From NCBI GenBank assembly GCA_964537265.1, contig CAZHZE010000009.1:1-31025 (forward strand): a DNA stretch of 31,025 bases. Reading direction: 5' to 3'. This document shows, one piece after another, positions 15,507-24,809 of this stretch. The stretch comes from an uncultured Gammaproteobacteria bacterium. GTDB taxonomy: Bacteria > Patescibacteriota > Patescibacteriia > Patescibacteriales > GWC2-42-12. Made by a program: the position numbers and the translations under genes. Positions within the stretch are counted from its first letter, which is position 1. Each line of letters starts with the position of its first letter. The notes under the pieces were generated by a model. The model saw only the letters and a program-made list of their open reading frames with translations, made no database searches and was not told the origin of the DNA.

Positions 15507-16401
15507 CAATCCAGAAAATTATTTAATGAATAAAGAAAGACATCAAGGCAGTGAGAAAGGGAAACAAGAGCAAGAGAAATTATTTGAAGCAGCTTATTTA
15601 AAAGCTGTAGATTTATTATCTGGCGAAAGAATAGATATGGATAAATTTAAAGATTTATATGGAGATAAAATTATTACTAAAGATATGAATGAGGTTAAAA
15701 AAATGCAAGATAGATATGAAAAGACAGACACACCAGAACGGAAAAAAATGCAAAAATATGCCGTTGTTTTTGAAGCTATCGTACATGACATGATTGATAT
15801 GAATGGTTGGCTAGGCGATAATGCTATGGCTAAAAAAGCTTCTTTATATGATGATTTAAAAAATGGAGTAGATGAAATAATAAAATTTACAGAGCCAAAA
15901 ACTTCCGCCACGTCTTATTTAGCTTTGGGCGTTGACGTTACTTTTGGTAATGACATTATAAAAAAAATGGATAGAATAAAAACTCAAATTGAAAAAGGTG
16001 ATATGGGAGTAATAAAATATCTTTTAACTAATAATTATCGAGGTGAAATGAGAAATGTTCCTAGAGTAGTAATTGGCGCGGATATGAAAAATTTAGAAGA
16101 GATTACTAAATTATGGCTAGACGGAAAAAGGCGAGCCTTAGCTCAACATCAAGTAAAATTAATAATTCTTGATCAAATGATAATTCAATTAATGAATTTT
16201 TCTAGATATGCGGAAAATGTTGGCCAGCATTTAATCGCCGATAGTTTTAATAGGGTTTTGAAAATTGTAGAAAAAATTTACGACAAAGAATCAGAAGAAG
16301 AAAAGAATATTAATTTTAATCAAGACCGGGTTAACCAAGCGATTGATAAATATTGTGAAGATTTAGAAAAAGAAAATTTAAAATTAGAAACTAAAAAGTA
16401 A
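15484..16401 (+). CDS. hypothetical cytoplasmic protein, no recognised domain
   Basis: The 305-aa product is charged and predicted helical, with no TM. It overlaps the lspA 3' end by 23 nt. I cannot assign a family. Confidence 0.5.
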   Translation: MKNHMLNSNPENYLMNKERHQGSEKGKQEQEKLFEAAYLKAVDLLSGERIDMDKFKDLYGDKIITKDMNEVKKMQDRYEKTDTPERKKMQKYAVVFEAIVHDMIDMNGWLGDNAMAKKASLYDDLKNGVDEIIKFTEPKTSATSYLALGVDVTFGNDIIKKMDRIKTQIEKGDMGVIKYLLTNNYRGEMRNVPRVVIGADMKNLEEITKLWLDGKRRALAQHQVKLIILDQMIIQLMNFSRYAENVGQHLIADSFNRVLKIVEKIYDKESEEEKNINFNQDRVNQAIDKYCEDLEKENLKLETKK

Positions 16402-16810
16402 TTTTTCTAGAATTATTTTTTTGCAAATCTATCTTAATAATTTTTGTTTTTTTAGGCAAGATTTTTTTTATTTTATCAGCCCATTCGATAATAGTTATAG
16501 TGTCGGTCCTGTTAAAATATTCTTCCGCGCCAATAGTTATTAAATTTTTGACAGACTTAAGACGATAAGCGTCGATATGAACTAAAAATTTAATAGCCCG
16601 AGATTTAACGGGGTAAATTTTCATTAAAACAAAAGTTGGACTGGTAATATTTTTTTTAATACCCAAACCGGCGGCTAAACCTTTAGCAAAAATAGTTTTA
16701 CCGGCGCCTAAATTACCGGTTAGTCCAATAACAATGCCGCCGGTTAATTTTTTAGAAAATTTTTTAGCGAAATTAAAAGTTTGTTTTTCTGAAATAGAGA
16801 AGAATTTCAT
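16391..16810 (-). CDS. tsaE: tRNA threonylcarbamoyladenosine biosynthesis ATPase TsaE (YjeE)
   Basis: The 139-aa product has the P-loop GLTGNLGAGKT and the size and pattern of the TsaE family. Confidence 0.8.
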   Translation of the reverse strand: MKFFSISEKQTFNFAKKFSKKLTGGIVIGLTGNLGAGKTIFAKGLAAGLGIKKNITSPTFVLMKIYPVKSRAIKFLVHIDAYRLKSVKNLITIGAEEYFNRTDTITIIEWADKIKKILPKKTKIIKIDLQKNNSRKITF

Positions 16811-16811
16811 G

Positions 16812-16883
16812 TGGACAGTACAGGACTTGAACCTGTAACCCCTGCGATGTAAACGCAGTGCTCTACCATTGAGCTAACTGTCC
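16812..16883 (-). tRNA. tRNA-Val(TAC)
   Basis: The reverse complement reads GGACAGT TA GCTC AATGGTA GAGC A CTGCG TTTACAT CGCAG GGGTT ACAGG TTCAAGT CCTGT ACTGTCC A. Confidence 0.85.
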
Positions 16884-16891
16884 GCGACTAG

Positions 16892-16975
16892 TGCCGAGGA
16901 CAGGACTTGAACCTGCAAGGAGTTGCCTCCACCAGCACCTCAAGCTGGCGCGTATACCAATTCCGCCACCTCGGC
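16892..16975 (-). tRNA. tRNA-Leu(GAG), long variable arm
   Basis: The reverse complement reads GCCGAGG TG GCGG AATTGGTATA CGCG CCAGC TTGAGGT GCTGG, then a variable arm TGGAGGCAACTCC, then TTGCAGG TTCAAGT CCTGTCC TCGGC A. The discriminator is A73. Confidence 0.85.
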
Positions 16976-17000
16976 AGGCCGCTTATAAAGCGGATGAGTA

Positions 17001-17345
17001 TTAGGCAATTTTTACTTCTTTCATTTTTTTATTGTAGTCGCGCAAGAAATATAATTTAGCCCGTCTTACTTTATTTTGTTTTTTAATTTCAATTTTAGTA
17101 ATAGTCGGTAAATTTAAAGGGAATATTTTTTCTACGCCAACACCATCGGATATTTTTCTAACCGTTATTGTTCCGCCAGCTTCTTTGCCATGTTTTTTAG
17201 CAATAATTATACCTTCATAATATTGCACTCTTTCTTTTTCTTCGCCTTTAGAATTAAGCTCTTTAATTTTTTGATAGACTCTTACCGTCATGCCAGGCTT
17301 TAAATCGGCTGGATCAATTTTTTTAGCTATTGTTTCTTTTGCCAT
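17001..17345 (-). CDS. rplS: 50S ribosomal protein L19
   Basis: The 114-aa product matches L19 (IEKIDPADLKPGMTVRVYQKIKE...ERVQYYEGIIIAKK...TITVRKIS.GVGVEKIFPL). Confidence 0.9.
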   Translation of the reverse strand: MAKETIAKKIDPADLKPGMTVRVYQKIKELNSKGEEKERVQYYEGIIIAKKHGKEAGGTITVRKISDGVGVEKIFPLNLPTITKIEIKKQNKVRRAKLYFLRDYNKKMKEVKIA

Positions 17346-17355
17346 AGTAATTTAA

Positions 17356-17410
17356 ATCAAATGAAATTTAATGGCCATAGGGCTTTGCCCGCTATTAAAT
17401 TTCATTTGAT
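17356..17410. repeat. perfect 17-bp inverted repeat atcaaatgaaatttaat / attaaatttcatttgat around a 21-nt GC-rich loop, in the rplS 5' leader
   Basis: The repeat ends 11 nt upstream of the rplS start codon on the minus strand. The loop contains a gggc ttt gccc mini-hairpin. Confidence 0.7.
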
Positions 17411-17549
17411 ACATTATAATTTTTGAAAATATTAAAAACTTTTTCTAAAAAAGTTTTTAAGGGTTTTAAAAATAGAACATAAGCAGTTCTATTTTAAATA
17501 TGTTTAATATTTAATGATGATGTAATACTATAACAATTGGCTGGTTTTG

Positions 17550-18113
17550 TCAACTCGTTTTTAGCCTATTTTTAATGTAATTATAAACCTCATTAAAAAC
17601 CTGTTTTTTATCTAAATTTGTGGTATCTAAAATAAAATCATAATTTTTTTTGTTATAAAGATTAAAATGATAATATTTTTTATAACGTTTATAATCGCTT
17701 AATTTTCTCTGCTTATGACTTTTTAATACTTCAGCAATTGAATATAATTTTTTGTCTTCGTTTCTTTTATTGTGTTTTTTAAGTTCATTAAAGACTCTTT
17801 TAGCTCCTACTTTTTCATCTACATCAATGTATATTTTAATTGATTTTGGTATTAAGTGCCACGCCGTTCTACTTTCAATAATACATTTAGTATGTTTTTT
17901 AGATAATTTTTTTATATAATTATCAACTTCGCGGTCAGTAAAATTTTCTTTTTCCCCGAGTTTATTAAATTCAGATAAAGTTAGGCCCATTGCCTTAGCT
18001 TTCATTCTTCTAAAGCCGCCCCCGTAAAATCTCGGCCAGTTTAATTTTTTCGCTAATTTTTTCGCTACTGTTGATTTGCCGGACCCAGGCGTGCCGTTTA
18101 TGGTAATAATCAT
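17550..18113 (-). CDS. P-loop nucleotide kinase, cytidylate-kinase-like (archaeal/CPR type)
   Basis: The 187-aa product has an N-terminal Walker A (IITINGTPGSGKSTVAKKLAKKL) and the size of small NMP kinases. Confidence 0.55.
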   Translation of the reverse strand: MIITINGTPGSGKSTVAKKLAKKLNWPRFYGGGFRRMKAKAMGLTLSEFNKLGEKENFTDREVDNYIKKLSKKHTKCIIESRTAWHLIPKSIKIYIDVDEKVGAKRVFNELKKHNKRNEDKKLYSIAEVLKSHKQRKLSDYKRYKKYYHFNLYNKKNYDFILDTTNLDKKQVFNEVYNYIKNRLKTS

Positions 18114-18186
18114 AATTTTACCCCTACACTTAATTATTATTTTACCCTCGCACTAAAATATAAATATTTATATTAAGTGTGGGGGT

Positions 18187-19134
18187 TTATTTAACGATTT
18201 TTAAAATATTTTTTAAATCTTGATTTAGATTTATTTTATAATTTTTTTTAATATTTTTTAAATCAAGAAAAGAAAGTCGATCGGCGATTAAAAAAATTCT
18301 TTTTAAATTTAGTTTTTTATTTTGTATTCTGGTTTTAGCCGTGCCGTAAATATTGTCGCCGACAATCGGGTGGTCATAAGCAGCTAAATGAACTCTTATT
18401 TGATGAGTGCGGCCAGTTTTAATTTTTATTTTTAACAAGGTATAATTGATAAATTTTTTTAAAACATTAAATTCAGTTTCTGCTAAACGAGCATTTTCCG
18501 TTGGTTTGCCTTTGGTTGTAGCTGGTATGGCCGCCATCTTATAGCCATCTTTTGATCGTTTTATGGGGAAATTAATAGTAGAGTTATCTTTTATAATTTT
18601 TCCATAAACTAAAGCAGTATATTCTTTTTTAATTTGGCGTTTTTGAAATTGTTGTTTTAAGTTATCAAAAGAATTTTGTGTTTTAGCTATAACCATTAAG
18701 CCGCTAACGTCTTTGTCTAATCTATGGACTATGCCCGGGCGTTCAGGATCGTCGCCAATTTTTTTTATATCAGGATATTTTCTTATCAGCCAGTTAACCA
18801 AGGTATAATCAGGAGCTCCGTGCACGGCTATGCCCGCCGGTTTATTTATTACTAAAAATTCATCGGTTTCTTCAACTATTTTTATTTTATATTTTTGCGT
18901 TTGGGCGAAATTTTTTTTAATTTCTTTTTTTTCTTCAGAAATATTTTCAACAATATTTATTACATCGTTTGGTTTTAATGAGTAATGGGATGAAGATTCA
19001 AGGCCATTTATTTTAATTAAATTTTTTTCTATCAATTTTTGGATTTGGTTTCTAGAAATTTTTAAAATATTAGCATTAGTTAAAAATTTATCTAGCCTTT
19101 GCCCAGAATTTTTTTCGTCTATTTTTATATTCAT
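18187..19134 (-). CDS. RluA-family 23S rRNA pseudouridine synthase (RluD-like) with an N-terminal S4 domain
   Basis: The 315-aa product has the catalytic motif HRLDKDVSGLMVIAKT and an S4-like N-terminus (GQRLDKFL). Confidence 0.85.
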   Translation of the reverse strand: MNIKIDEKNSGQRLDKFLTNANILKISRNQIQKLIEKNLIKINGLESSSHYSLKPNDVINIVENISEEKKEIKKNFAQTQKYKIKIVEETDEFLVINKPAGIAVHGAPDYTLVNWLIRKYPDIKKIGDDPERPGIVHRLDKDVSGLMVIAKTQNSFDNLKQQFQKRQIKKEYTALVYGKIIKDNSTINFPIKRSKDGYKMAAIPATTKGKPTENARLAETEFNVLKKFINYTLLKIKIKTGRTHQIRVHLAAYDHPIVGDNIYGTAKTRIQNKKLNLKRIFLIADRLSFLDLKNIKKNYKINLNQDLKNILKIVK

Positions 19135-19138
19135 AATA

Positions 19139-20170
19139 TTAATTATTCAATACTTGAGCTAATTTTTCTAACATTATTTCTATGGTAAATAACCGGCTAA
19201 TTTGCTCGCGTCCATTTTTACCTAAAAATAAGCGTAAGCGTTTATCCTGATGCAATTTAATAATTTGGCGAGCCAGCATTTCGCTATTATCTCCTTCAAT
19301 CAAAGAACCGTTGTTATTTTCTATAATAAAATCTTCTAAGCCTATATTTCTTTGGCCCAAAACAGGTAAGCCGGTCGCCATAGCTTCTAAAACATTACTA
19401 TAATCATCAAGAGTTAAATTTTCACCCACGGCTATAAAAAGATCAAAACTATCCAGCCATTTTTTTACTTGTTCTTGTTCGCCGACTAACCAGATTAAAT
19501 TATCAATCTCCATTTTTTTGGCCAACCAAGTCAAATTTTTTCTCTCTTCGCCTTCGCCGACTATAATAAGCTGGATATTAGGTATAACCGGTAAGCTGAT
19601 TTTTATTGCTTGGAAAAGAGTTTCTATTTTTTGTTTTTGATTTAAAGCGGTTATAGCCCCAATGGTAAAGTATTTTCGGTGAAAATTTATTCGGCCGCTA
19701 TTTGCCAATTTATTAAAAATATTTTCTTGGTAGCTAATAGATTTTGCGCCAGGAGCCACCAATTCTATTTTGTCTATATCGCAGCCAATATTTTTTAATT
19801 TTAATTTTGTATAATTATTGAAAACAACTATTTTAGCCAGCCTGTAATTTATTTTATAAAAAGTTAATAGAAATTTATTAAATTTTTCATAATCTAACTC
19901 TGGGTTTTCTAGCCAAACAACTCTTATGGCTAATAAGCGAGCTAAAATGGTAAGAAAAATTTTTTCATATGTATTAACCAAAATGACCGTATTAATTTTT
20001 TTCTTAAATTTAAATTTTATTAATAATATTAAAAATTTAAATTGGCCGAGTATCGGTTTTTTAGAAAATAAAAAGCTGATGGAAAAATTTTTTTGTTTCA
20101 ATTCTTCAAAAATTTTTGTTAATAATAAATTTTTGCTGGCCAAGGAATTAATTACTAATATTTTTTTCAT
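19139..20170 (-). CDS. glycosyltransferase family 1 (GT4-type) protein
   Basis: The 343-aa product has C-terminal GT1 motifs (LIIVGEGEERKNL...EAMATGLPVL) and lies next to a flippase. Confidence 0.7.
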   Translation of the reverse strand: MKKILVINSLASKNLLLTKIFEELKQKNFSISFLFSKKPILGQFKFLILLIKFKFKKKINTVILVNTYEKIFLTILARLLAIRVVWLENPELDYEKFNKFLLTFYKINYRLAKIVVFNNYTKLKLKNIGCDIDKIELVAPGAKSISYQENIFNKLANSGRINFHRKYFTIGAITALNQKQKIETLFQAIKISLPVIPNIQLIIVGEGEERKNLTWLAKKMEIDNLIWLVGEQEQVKKWLDSFDLFIAVGENLTLDDYSNVLEAMATGLPVLGQRNIGLEDFIIENNNGSLIEGDNSEMLARQIIKLHQDKRLRLFLGKNGREQISRLFTIEIMLEKLAQVLNN

Positions 20171-20172
20171 AA

Positions 20173-21621
20173 TTAAAATATTTTAAAATCATCTTCACTG
20201 ATGCTTTTAGATAAATATAGTCCGATACAATAAATTAAGGCTGCTAATAAAACCGTATATATCAAGTTAATTTTAGGCGCTAAAAAATAAACGCCAATAC
20301 CCATAATCAAAGAAATAATAAGAGATTTAAAAAATATTGTAAAATTAGGCCTAAAATTAGCATATTTAAATATAATATAAAAAGAAAAAAGCATGATAGC
20401 TAATTCACTATAAACAGTCACCCAAGCGGCTCCATAATATGAAAAACGAGGGATAAAAATTAAATAGCCAACCAATGAAGTTATGGCGGTAAAAACATAA
20501 GCCGCAATAACATTTTTTTGTTTATCTAAGGCTATAACTGCATGTGCGAACAAACAGCCGATAAAAATAAAACCTATGGCCAAAATTAATATTTTTAAAA
20601 TTTCTCCTGATTGGGCAAAATTTTCTCCAGCTATTAAAATCATCAGCGGCTTAGCTGTAAAAATTGCTCCAATAATCAAGGGCATGGCTAACATTATCAT
20701 GGCATCCAAAGATTTTTGTAGAACCAGATTAAATTTAAATAAATTTTTATTATTCCATTCCATGGTTAATATCGGCAGGATCAGGCCAGCAAACATAAAA
20801 GGTATAGCAGTTAAAACATCGATTATTTTATAAGTAGCGCCGTAAAGCCCGACATCGGTTTGGGTTTTTAATAAAGATAAAATAAAGATATCCGCCCTTA
20901 GATAAATTAAATTAAAAAAAATGGTTAAGCCTAACGGCCAGGATTTTTTAATAATTTCTCGCCAGATATTTAAATCAATTTCCCAGCTGATTTTAATAAA
21001 ACGGCGAGAAAATAAATAATGCATAATAAAGCTGACAAAACTTGAGGCGACAGTGGCTATCATAATGCTTAATAAACCAGTATTAAAATAAACTGTAGCC
21101 ATAACCCCAATTAATAGAACTAAACGGCTAACTATTTCGGCCATGGCCACAACCGTCATGGTTAAATTTTTTTGGAAAAAGCCGACTAGAATTTGATTTA
21201 AAGCCATGAAAAAATAAGATAAGACAGTAACCGTTACGCCAATTTTAATAATTGGCTCATAAGGAAAAAATAAAACGATCAAAGGAGCTAGGCCTAAAAA
21301 AAAGATTGCGGAGATTAAACGTAAAGTAAAAAGATTATTTAATAATGAAGTTTGATTATTGCCCGGCTGGCTAATCATTTGCGTAGTTATTAGGGTTAGC
21401 CCAAAATCAGCTATAATGCCAAAAAACGATAAAAAAGTGATAATGGTAGTATATTGGCCAAAGCCAACCTCTTTTAAATATCTGGCCATAATCGCTATAG
21501 TGGCTAGACCTAAGACGGTTCCGACGGCTTTACCGATTATTTGAACAATGGTATTATATGCTACCATAGAAGAAAGTTTTTTTTCCACCCCGTTAGAAAT
21601 TTTATTTATTTTTTGCTCCAT
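20173..21621 (-). CDS. polysaccharide/oligosaccharide flippase (Wzx-like, MOP superfamily)
   Basis: The 482-aa product is a polytopic membrane protein with about 12-14 TM segments and the size and topology of Wzx/MOP exporters. Confidence 0.65.
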   Translation of the reverse strand: MEQKINKISNGVEKKLSSMVAYNTIVQIIGKAVGTVLGLATIAIMARYLKEVGFGQYTTIITFLSFFGIIADFGLTLITTQMISQPGNNQTSLLNNLFTLRLISAIFFLGLAPLIVLFFPYEPIIKIGVTVTVLSYFFMALNQILVGFFQKNLTMTVVAMAEIVSRLVLLIGVMATVYFNTGLLSIMIATVASSFVSFIMHYLFSRRFIKISWEIDLNIWREIIKKSWPLGLTIFFNLIYLRADIFILSLLKTQTDVGLYGATYKIIDVLTAIPFMFAGLILPILTMEWNNKNLFKFNLVLQKSLDAMIMLAMPLIIGAIFTAKPLMILIAGENFAQSGEILKILILAIGFIFIGCLFAHAVIALDKQKNVIAAYVFTAITSLVGYLIFIPRFSYYGAAWVTVYSELAIMLFSFYIIFKYANFRPNFTIFFKSLIISLIMGIGVYFLAPKINLIYTVLLAALIYCIGLYLSKSISEDDFKIF

Positions 21622-21895
21622 AGTAATATTTCAAACGATTTTTTAAATATTTTTTGCCCATGCCGCTTTTTAAATACTTTTCTCTAAAAAAAGCATCGTA
21701 TTTATTATATGATGATTCAAAATATATAAGTTTGAATGGTCTCCTGTTTTTAGTCGCGAACACTTTACCATCGTTATGTTCCTTTGTTCTTTTAGTTATA
21801 TTGTTTGTACAGCCAGTATACCATAGTTTGTCTTTTAAACTTTCTAAAACATAAACGTACCACAATATTTTTTGTAAATTTCTAACGGGGTCCAT
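21602..21895 (-). CDS. GIY-YIG nuclease-domain protein
   Basis: The 97-aa product has WYVYVLES...KLWYTGCTNNITKRTKEHN, which matches the GIY-YIG motif pair followed by a conserved Arg/Glu. It overlaps the flippase start by 20 nt. Confidence 0.7.
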   Translation of the reverse strand: MDPVRNLQKILWYVYVLESLKDKLWYTGCTNNITKRTKEHNDGKVFATKNRRPFKLIYFESSYNKYDAFFREKYLKSGMGKKYLKNRLKYYYGAKNK

Positions 21896-21958
21896 ATTTT
21901 TGCTTGAATTGCCTATTTTTTGTATAATTAAAGTATAATTAAATTATAGCAAAATAAT

Positions 21959-22402
21959 ATGTTTATGACTAAAAAGATTTTTAACTATGTTCTAAGCATT
22001 GTTTTTTTGTCCATGTGTCTAACCTTAATTCCGGCAAGTTTTGATTTTCAGCCGGTAAACCAAACTAAAGCTGCTGGTTGGTGGGATACGGTAAATAATA
22101 ACGAATTCAAACAAGTTGGTTCTGTTTATGGCAATAACACAACCAAGGATATAAGAATGGTAGTGGTAGATATTATAAAAAAAATTCTAGGTCTTTTAGG
22201 AGTTATAGCTTTAGTGATTATTTTATATGCCGGTTTTAAATGGATGACATCGGCTGGCAACGAAGAAACTATTACTTCCGCCAAAAAGACTTTAATCGCC
22301 GGCTTGATTGGTTTAGCTATTATTTTATTCTCTTATGCTATAGCCACTTTTGTTATAAAATATTTATCTGCCGCCAGTACTGGCCAGCAAGTAATTTGGT
22401 AA
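21959..22402 (+). CDS. pilin-like protein, paralog 7
   Basis: The 147-aa product has a signal peptide and the conserved block ILGLLGVIALVIILYAGFKWMTSAGNEETITSAKKTLIAGLIGLAIILFSYAIATFV. Confidence 0.8.
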   Translation: MFMTKKIFNYVLSIVFLSMCLTLIPASFDFQPVNQTKAAGWWDTVNNNEFKQVGSVYGNNTTKDIRMVVVDIIKKILGLLGVIALVIILYAGFKWMTSAGNEETITSAKKTLIAGLIGLAIILFSYAIATFVIKYLSAASTGQQVIW

Positions 22403-22438
22403 TAATGCTAATATATAAATTAATTTATAAATAAAATT

Positions 22439-22864
22439 ATGCAACAAAACATTTTTCAAAAAATCGTTTTAGCGACAATGATTTTTGCAGCTCTCACTTT
22501 GATTATGCTGCCAGTTTCTAAAACTATGGCCCTAGAAGCAGATGATTATTGGGGTGGCACTGAACAACGCCAGTATGTTGACCAAAACTCTGGTTTAGCC
22601 GGAGGGGAAACAGCCAGGGATCCTCGCTTAGTGGTGGTAGACGTAATAAAAACTATCTTAGGTTTTTTAGGTGTTATAGCTTTAGTGATTATTTTATATG
22701 CCGGTTTTAGATGGATGACTGCCGGCGGAAATGAAGAAAACGTTTCAACGGCTAAAAAAATATTAATTTCAGCTTTAATCGGTTTAGTTATTATTTTATC
22801 TTCCTACGCTTTAGCTACTTTTGTTTTAGATCAAATGGTAAAAGCTATTTCAGGAAATAGTTAA
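22439..22864 (+). CDS. pilin-like protein, paralog 8
   Basis: The 141-aa product has the block ILGFLGVIALVIILYAGFRWMTAGGNEENVSTAKKILISALIGLVIILSSYALATFV. A 47-nt tract is identical in 46 of 47 positions to paralog 7. Its N-terminal RDPR motif is shared with paralog 1. Confidence 0.8.
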   Translation: MQQNIFQKIVLATMIFAALTLIMLPVSKTMALEADDYWGGTEQRQYVDQNSGLAGGETARDPRLVVVDVIKTILGFLGVIALVIILYAGFRWMTAGGNEENVSTAKKILISALIGLVIILSSYALATFVLDQMVKAISGNS

Positions 22865-22908
22865 TATTGTATACAAAATTGAGCCAAATTAAAATAAGGA
22901 GGTTTGCT

Positions 22909-23913
22909 ATGTTAAAAACTCTTCATCGGTTTAAAATATTTTTTTTTATTTTAGTTTTGTCTTGTTTTGTTATTTTTTTATTTAGCCAAGGCCATGTTTA
23001 TAAAAAGGAAGATTTAAAATACGGCATAACTTTTTCTAAAAAACAGGCCGAAAGTCTGGATCTTGATTGGAAAAAAATTTATATTTCCATTTTTGAAGAT
23101 TTAGGAATAAAAAAAATAAGACTACCTGCTTATTGGGATGCAATTGAAAGTAGCGAAGGAAGTTATAATTGGGAAGATCTTGATTGGCAAATTAGCCAAG
23201 CTGGTCAGTATCAAGCGGAAATTATTTTAGCGGTTGGTGGGCGTTTACCGCGTTGGCCAGAATGCCATTTTCCAGATTGGACTAATAATAGATATAAAGC
23301 TCAAATTGAGAGCAGCACTTTAAATTATATTACTAAAGTAATTGAACGATATCGGGATAATAAAAATATTGTGGCCTGGCAGGTTGAAAACGAACCATTT
23401 TTATCCCATTTTGGAGATTGCCCAAAATTTGACGCTAAATTTTTAGATCAAGAAATTGCTTTAGCTAAAAGTCTTGATTCAAGGCCAATTATAGTAACTG
23501 ATTCTGGTGAATTATCTTATTGGGTAGGCGCAGCTAAGCGAGCGGATATTTTTGGCACCACCATGTATTTAAATACTTATTCTAATTTTTTTAAAAGCTA
23601 TATTCATTATCCGATTACTCCAGCTTTTTTTAAGTTTAAAAAAAATATAGCTAGTTTATTCGCTCAACCTAAAGAATGGATTGTTATAGAAATGCAGGCT
23701 GAACCATGGGGCCCAAAAGCTTATCAGGAATTATCGCAAGCCGATCGCGATCGCACTATGGATTTAGAAAAGTTTAAACAAATTATTGAATTTAGCAGCC
23801 AAACTGGTTTTCGTGAATTTTATCTTTGGGGAGTAGAGTGGTGGTACTGGGAAATGGGGCAAGGACGGCCGGAAGTTTGGCAATATGCTAAAACATTATT
23901 TGAAAAAAATTAG
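22909..23913 (+). CDS. secreted or membrane-anchored glycoside hydrolase (GH5-like clan GH-A fold)
   Basis: A strong RBS, aaggagg, lies 8 nt before the ATG at 22909; the tracked ORF starts at 22867. The product has an N-terminal TM and the motifs IVAWQVENEP (catalytic acid/base NEP) and a later ...EMQAEPWG. Confidence 0.65.
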   Translation: MLKTLHRFKIFFFILVLSCFVIFLFSQGHVYKKEDLKYGITFSKKQAESLDLDWKKIYISIFEDLGIKKIRLPAYWDAIESSEGSYNWEDLDWQISQAGQYQAEIILAVGGRLPRWPECHFPDWTNNRYKAQIESSTLNYITKVIERYRDNKNIVAWQVENEPFLSHFGDCPKFDAKFLDQEIALAKSLDSRPIIVTDSGELSYWVGAAKRADIFGTTMYLNTYSNFFKSYIHYPITPAFFKFKKNIASLFAQPKEWIVIEMQAEPWGPKAYQELSQADRDRTMDLEKFKQIIEFSSQTGFREFYLWGVEWWYWEMGQGRPEVWQYAKTLFEKN

Positions 23914-23930
23914 CATAACATAAAATATTT

Positions 23931-24794
23931 ATGAATAAAATAAATAAAAGTTATTCCATTGGCGTTGATATCGGCGGCACAAAAATGAGTGCTGTTTTAT
24001 TTGATGGGCAAAAAGTTATAGCCGATTATGTTTTAGCTACACCTAAAGATAGTTTAGAGCATTTTCTAATTATGCTAAAAGCTTTAATTGAACCATTGCA
24101 AGATAAAGCTAAAGCTAATGGGGCAGTAATAAAAGGTGTTGGCATAGGTATCCCAGGCATGCTTGACTATAAAGAAAATAAAGCTGTAGAAGTTCCCAAT
24201 TTACCATTTTTAAACGATTTAAAATTAATAGATATTTTTACTCCTAAATTAGGAGTAGAACAAATTAAGATTGATAATGATGGACATTGTTTTTTGCGCG
24301 CAGAAATGAAATTCGGCGCTGGCAAAAAATATAATAATGTTTTTAGCATAACTATTGGTACTGGTTTTGGTGGAGGTTGGTGGCACAATGGAGAAATTTA
24401 TAATGGTTCTCATGGCGGAGCAACTGAATTTAGTTGGTTAACAGTTGATTTTAAAGAGGGTATTAGGCTAGAAGAAGCTTATCATAAATTAACGCAGAAT
24501 AATCCGGCTAGCTTAGCCGAAGAAGCATATCGCGGTGATGTTTTAGCGCAAAAAGCTTATAATGAATTAGGGCATTATTTTGGCATTAGTTTAGCTAATA
24601 TGGTAAATCTTATTGATCCGGAATTAATTATTGTTGGCGGCAGTGTAGTAGAGTCTGATGATTTATTTTTACCGCAAGCGAAAAAAATTATGAGAAAATA
24701 TATAAAGTCGCCGGAAGCAAAAAATATTAAAATTGTTAAAGGTAAAGTTGGAAATAATGCCGGGGCGATTGGGGCGGCGTTATTAATAGGTTAA
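23931..24794 (+). CDS. ROK/glucokinase-like sugar kinase (ASKHA fold)
   Basis: The 287-aa product has the N-terminal motif IGVDIGGTK, then GIGIPGMLD and a C-terminal GNNAGAIGAA. The ROK zinc motif is not evident. Confidence 0.7.
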   Translation: MNKINKSYSIGVDIGGTKMSAVLFDGQKVIADYVLATPKDSLEHFLIMLKALIEPLQDKAKANGAVIKGVGIGIPGMLDYKENKAVEVPNLPFLNDLKLIDIFTPKLGVEQIKIDNDGHCFLRAEMKFGAGKKYNNVFSITIGTGFGGGWWHNGEIYNGSHGGATEFSWLTVDFKEGIRLEEAYHKLTQNNPASLAEEAYRGDVLAQKAYNELGHYFGISLANMVNLIDPELIIVGGSVVESDDLFLPQAKKIMRKYIKSPEAKNIKIVKGKVGNNAGAIGAALLIG

Positions 24795-24809
24795 AATTGA
24801 AAAATCAAA

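Noticed and set aside
19926-21544. Small plus-strand ORFs (86, 85 and 61 aa) inside the glycosyltransferase and flippase genes
   Set aside because: They are antisense to long, well-supported membrane-protein and GT1 genes and lack start-context support.
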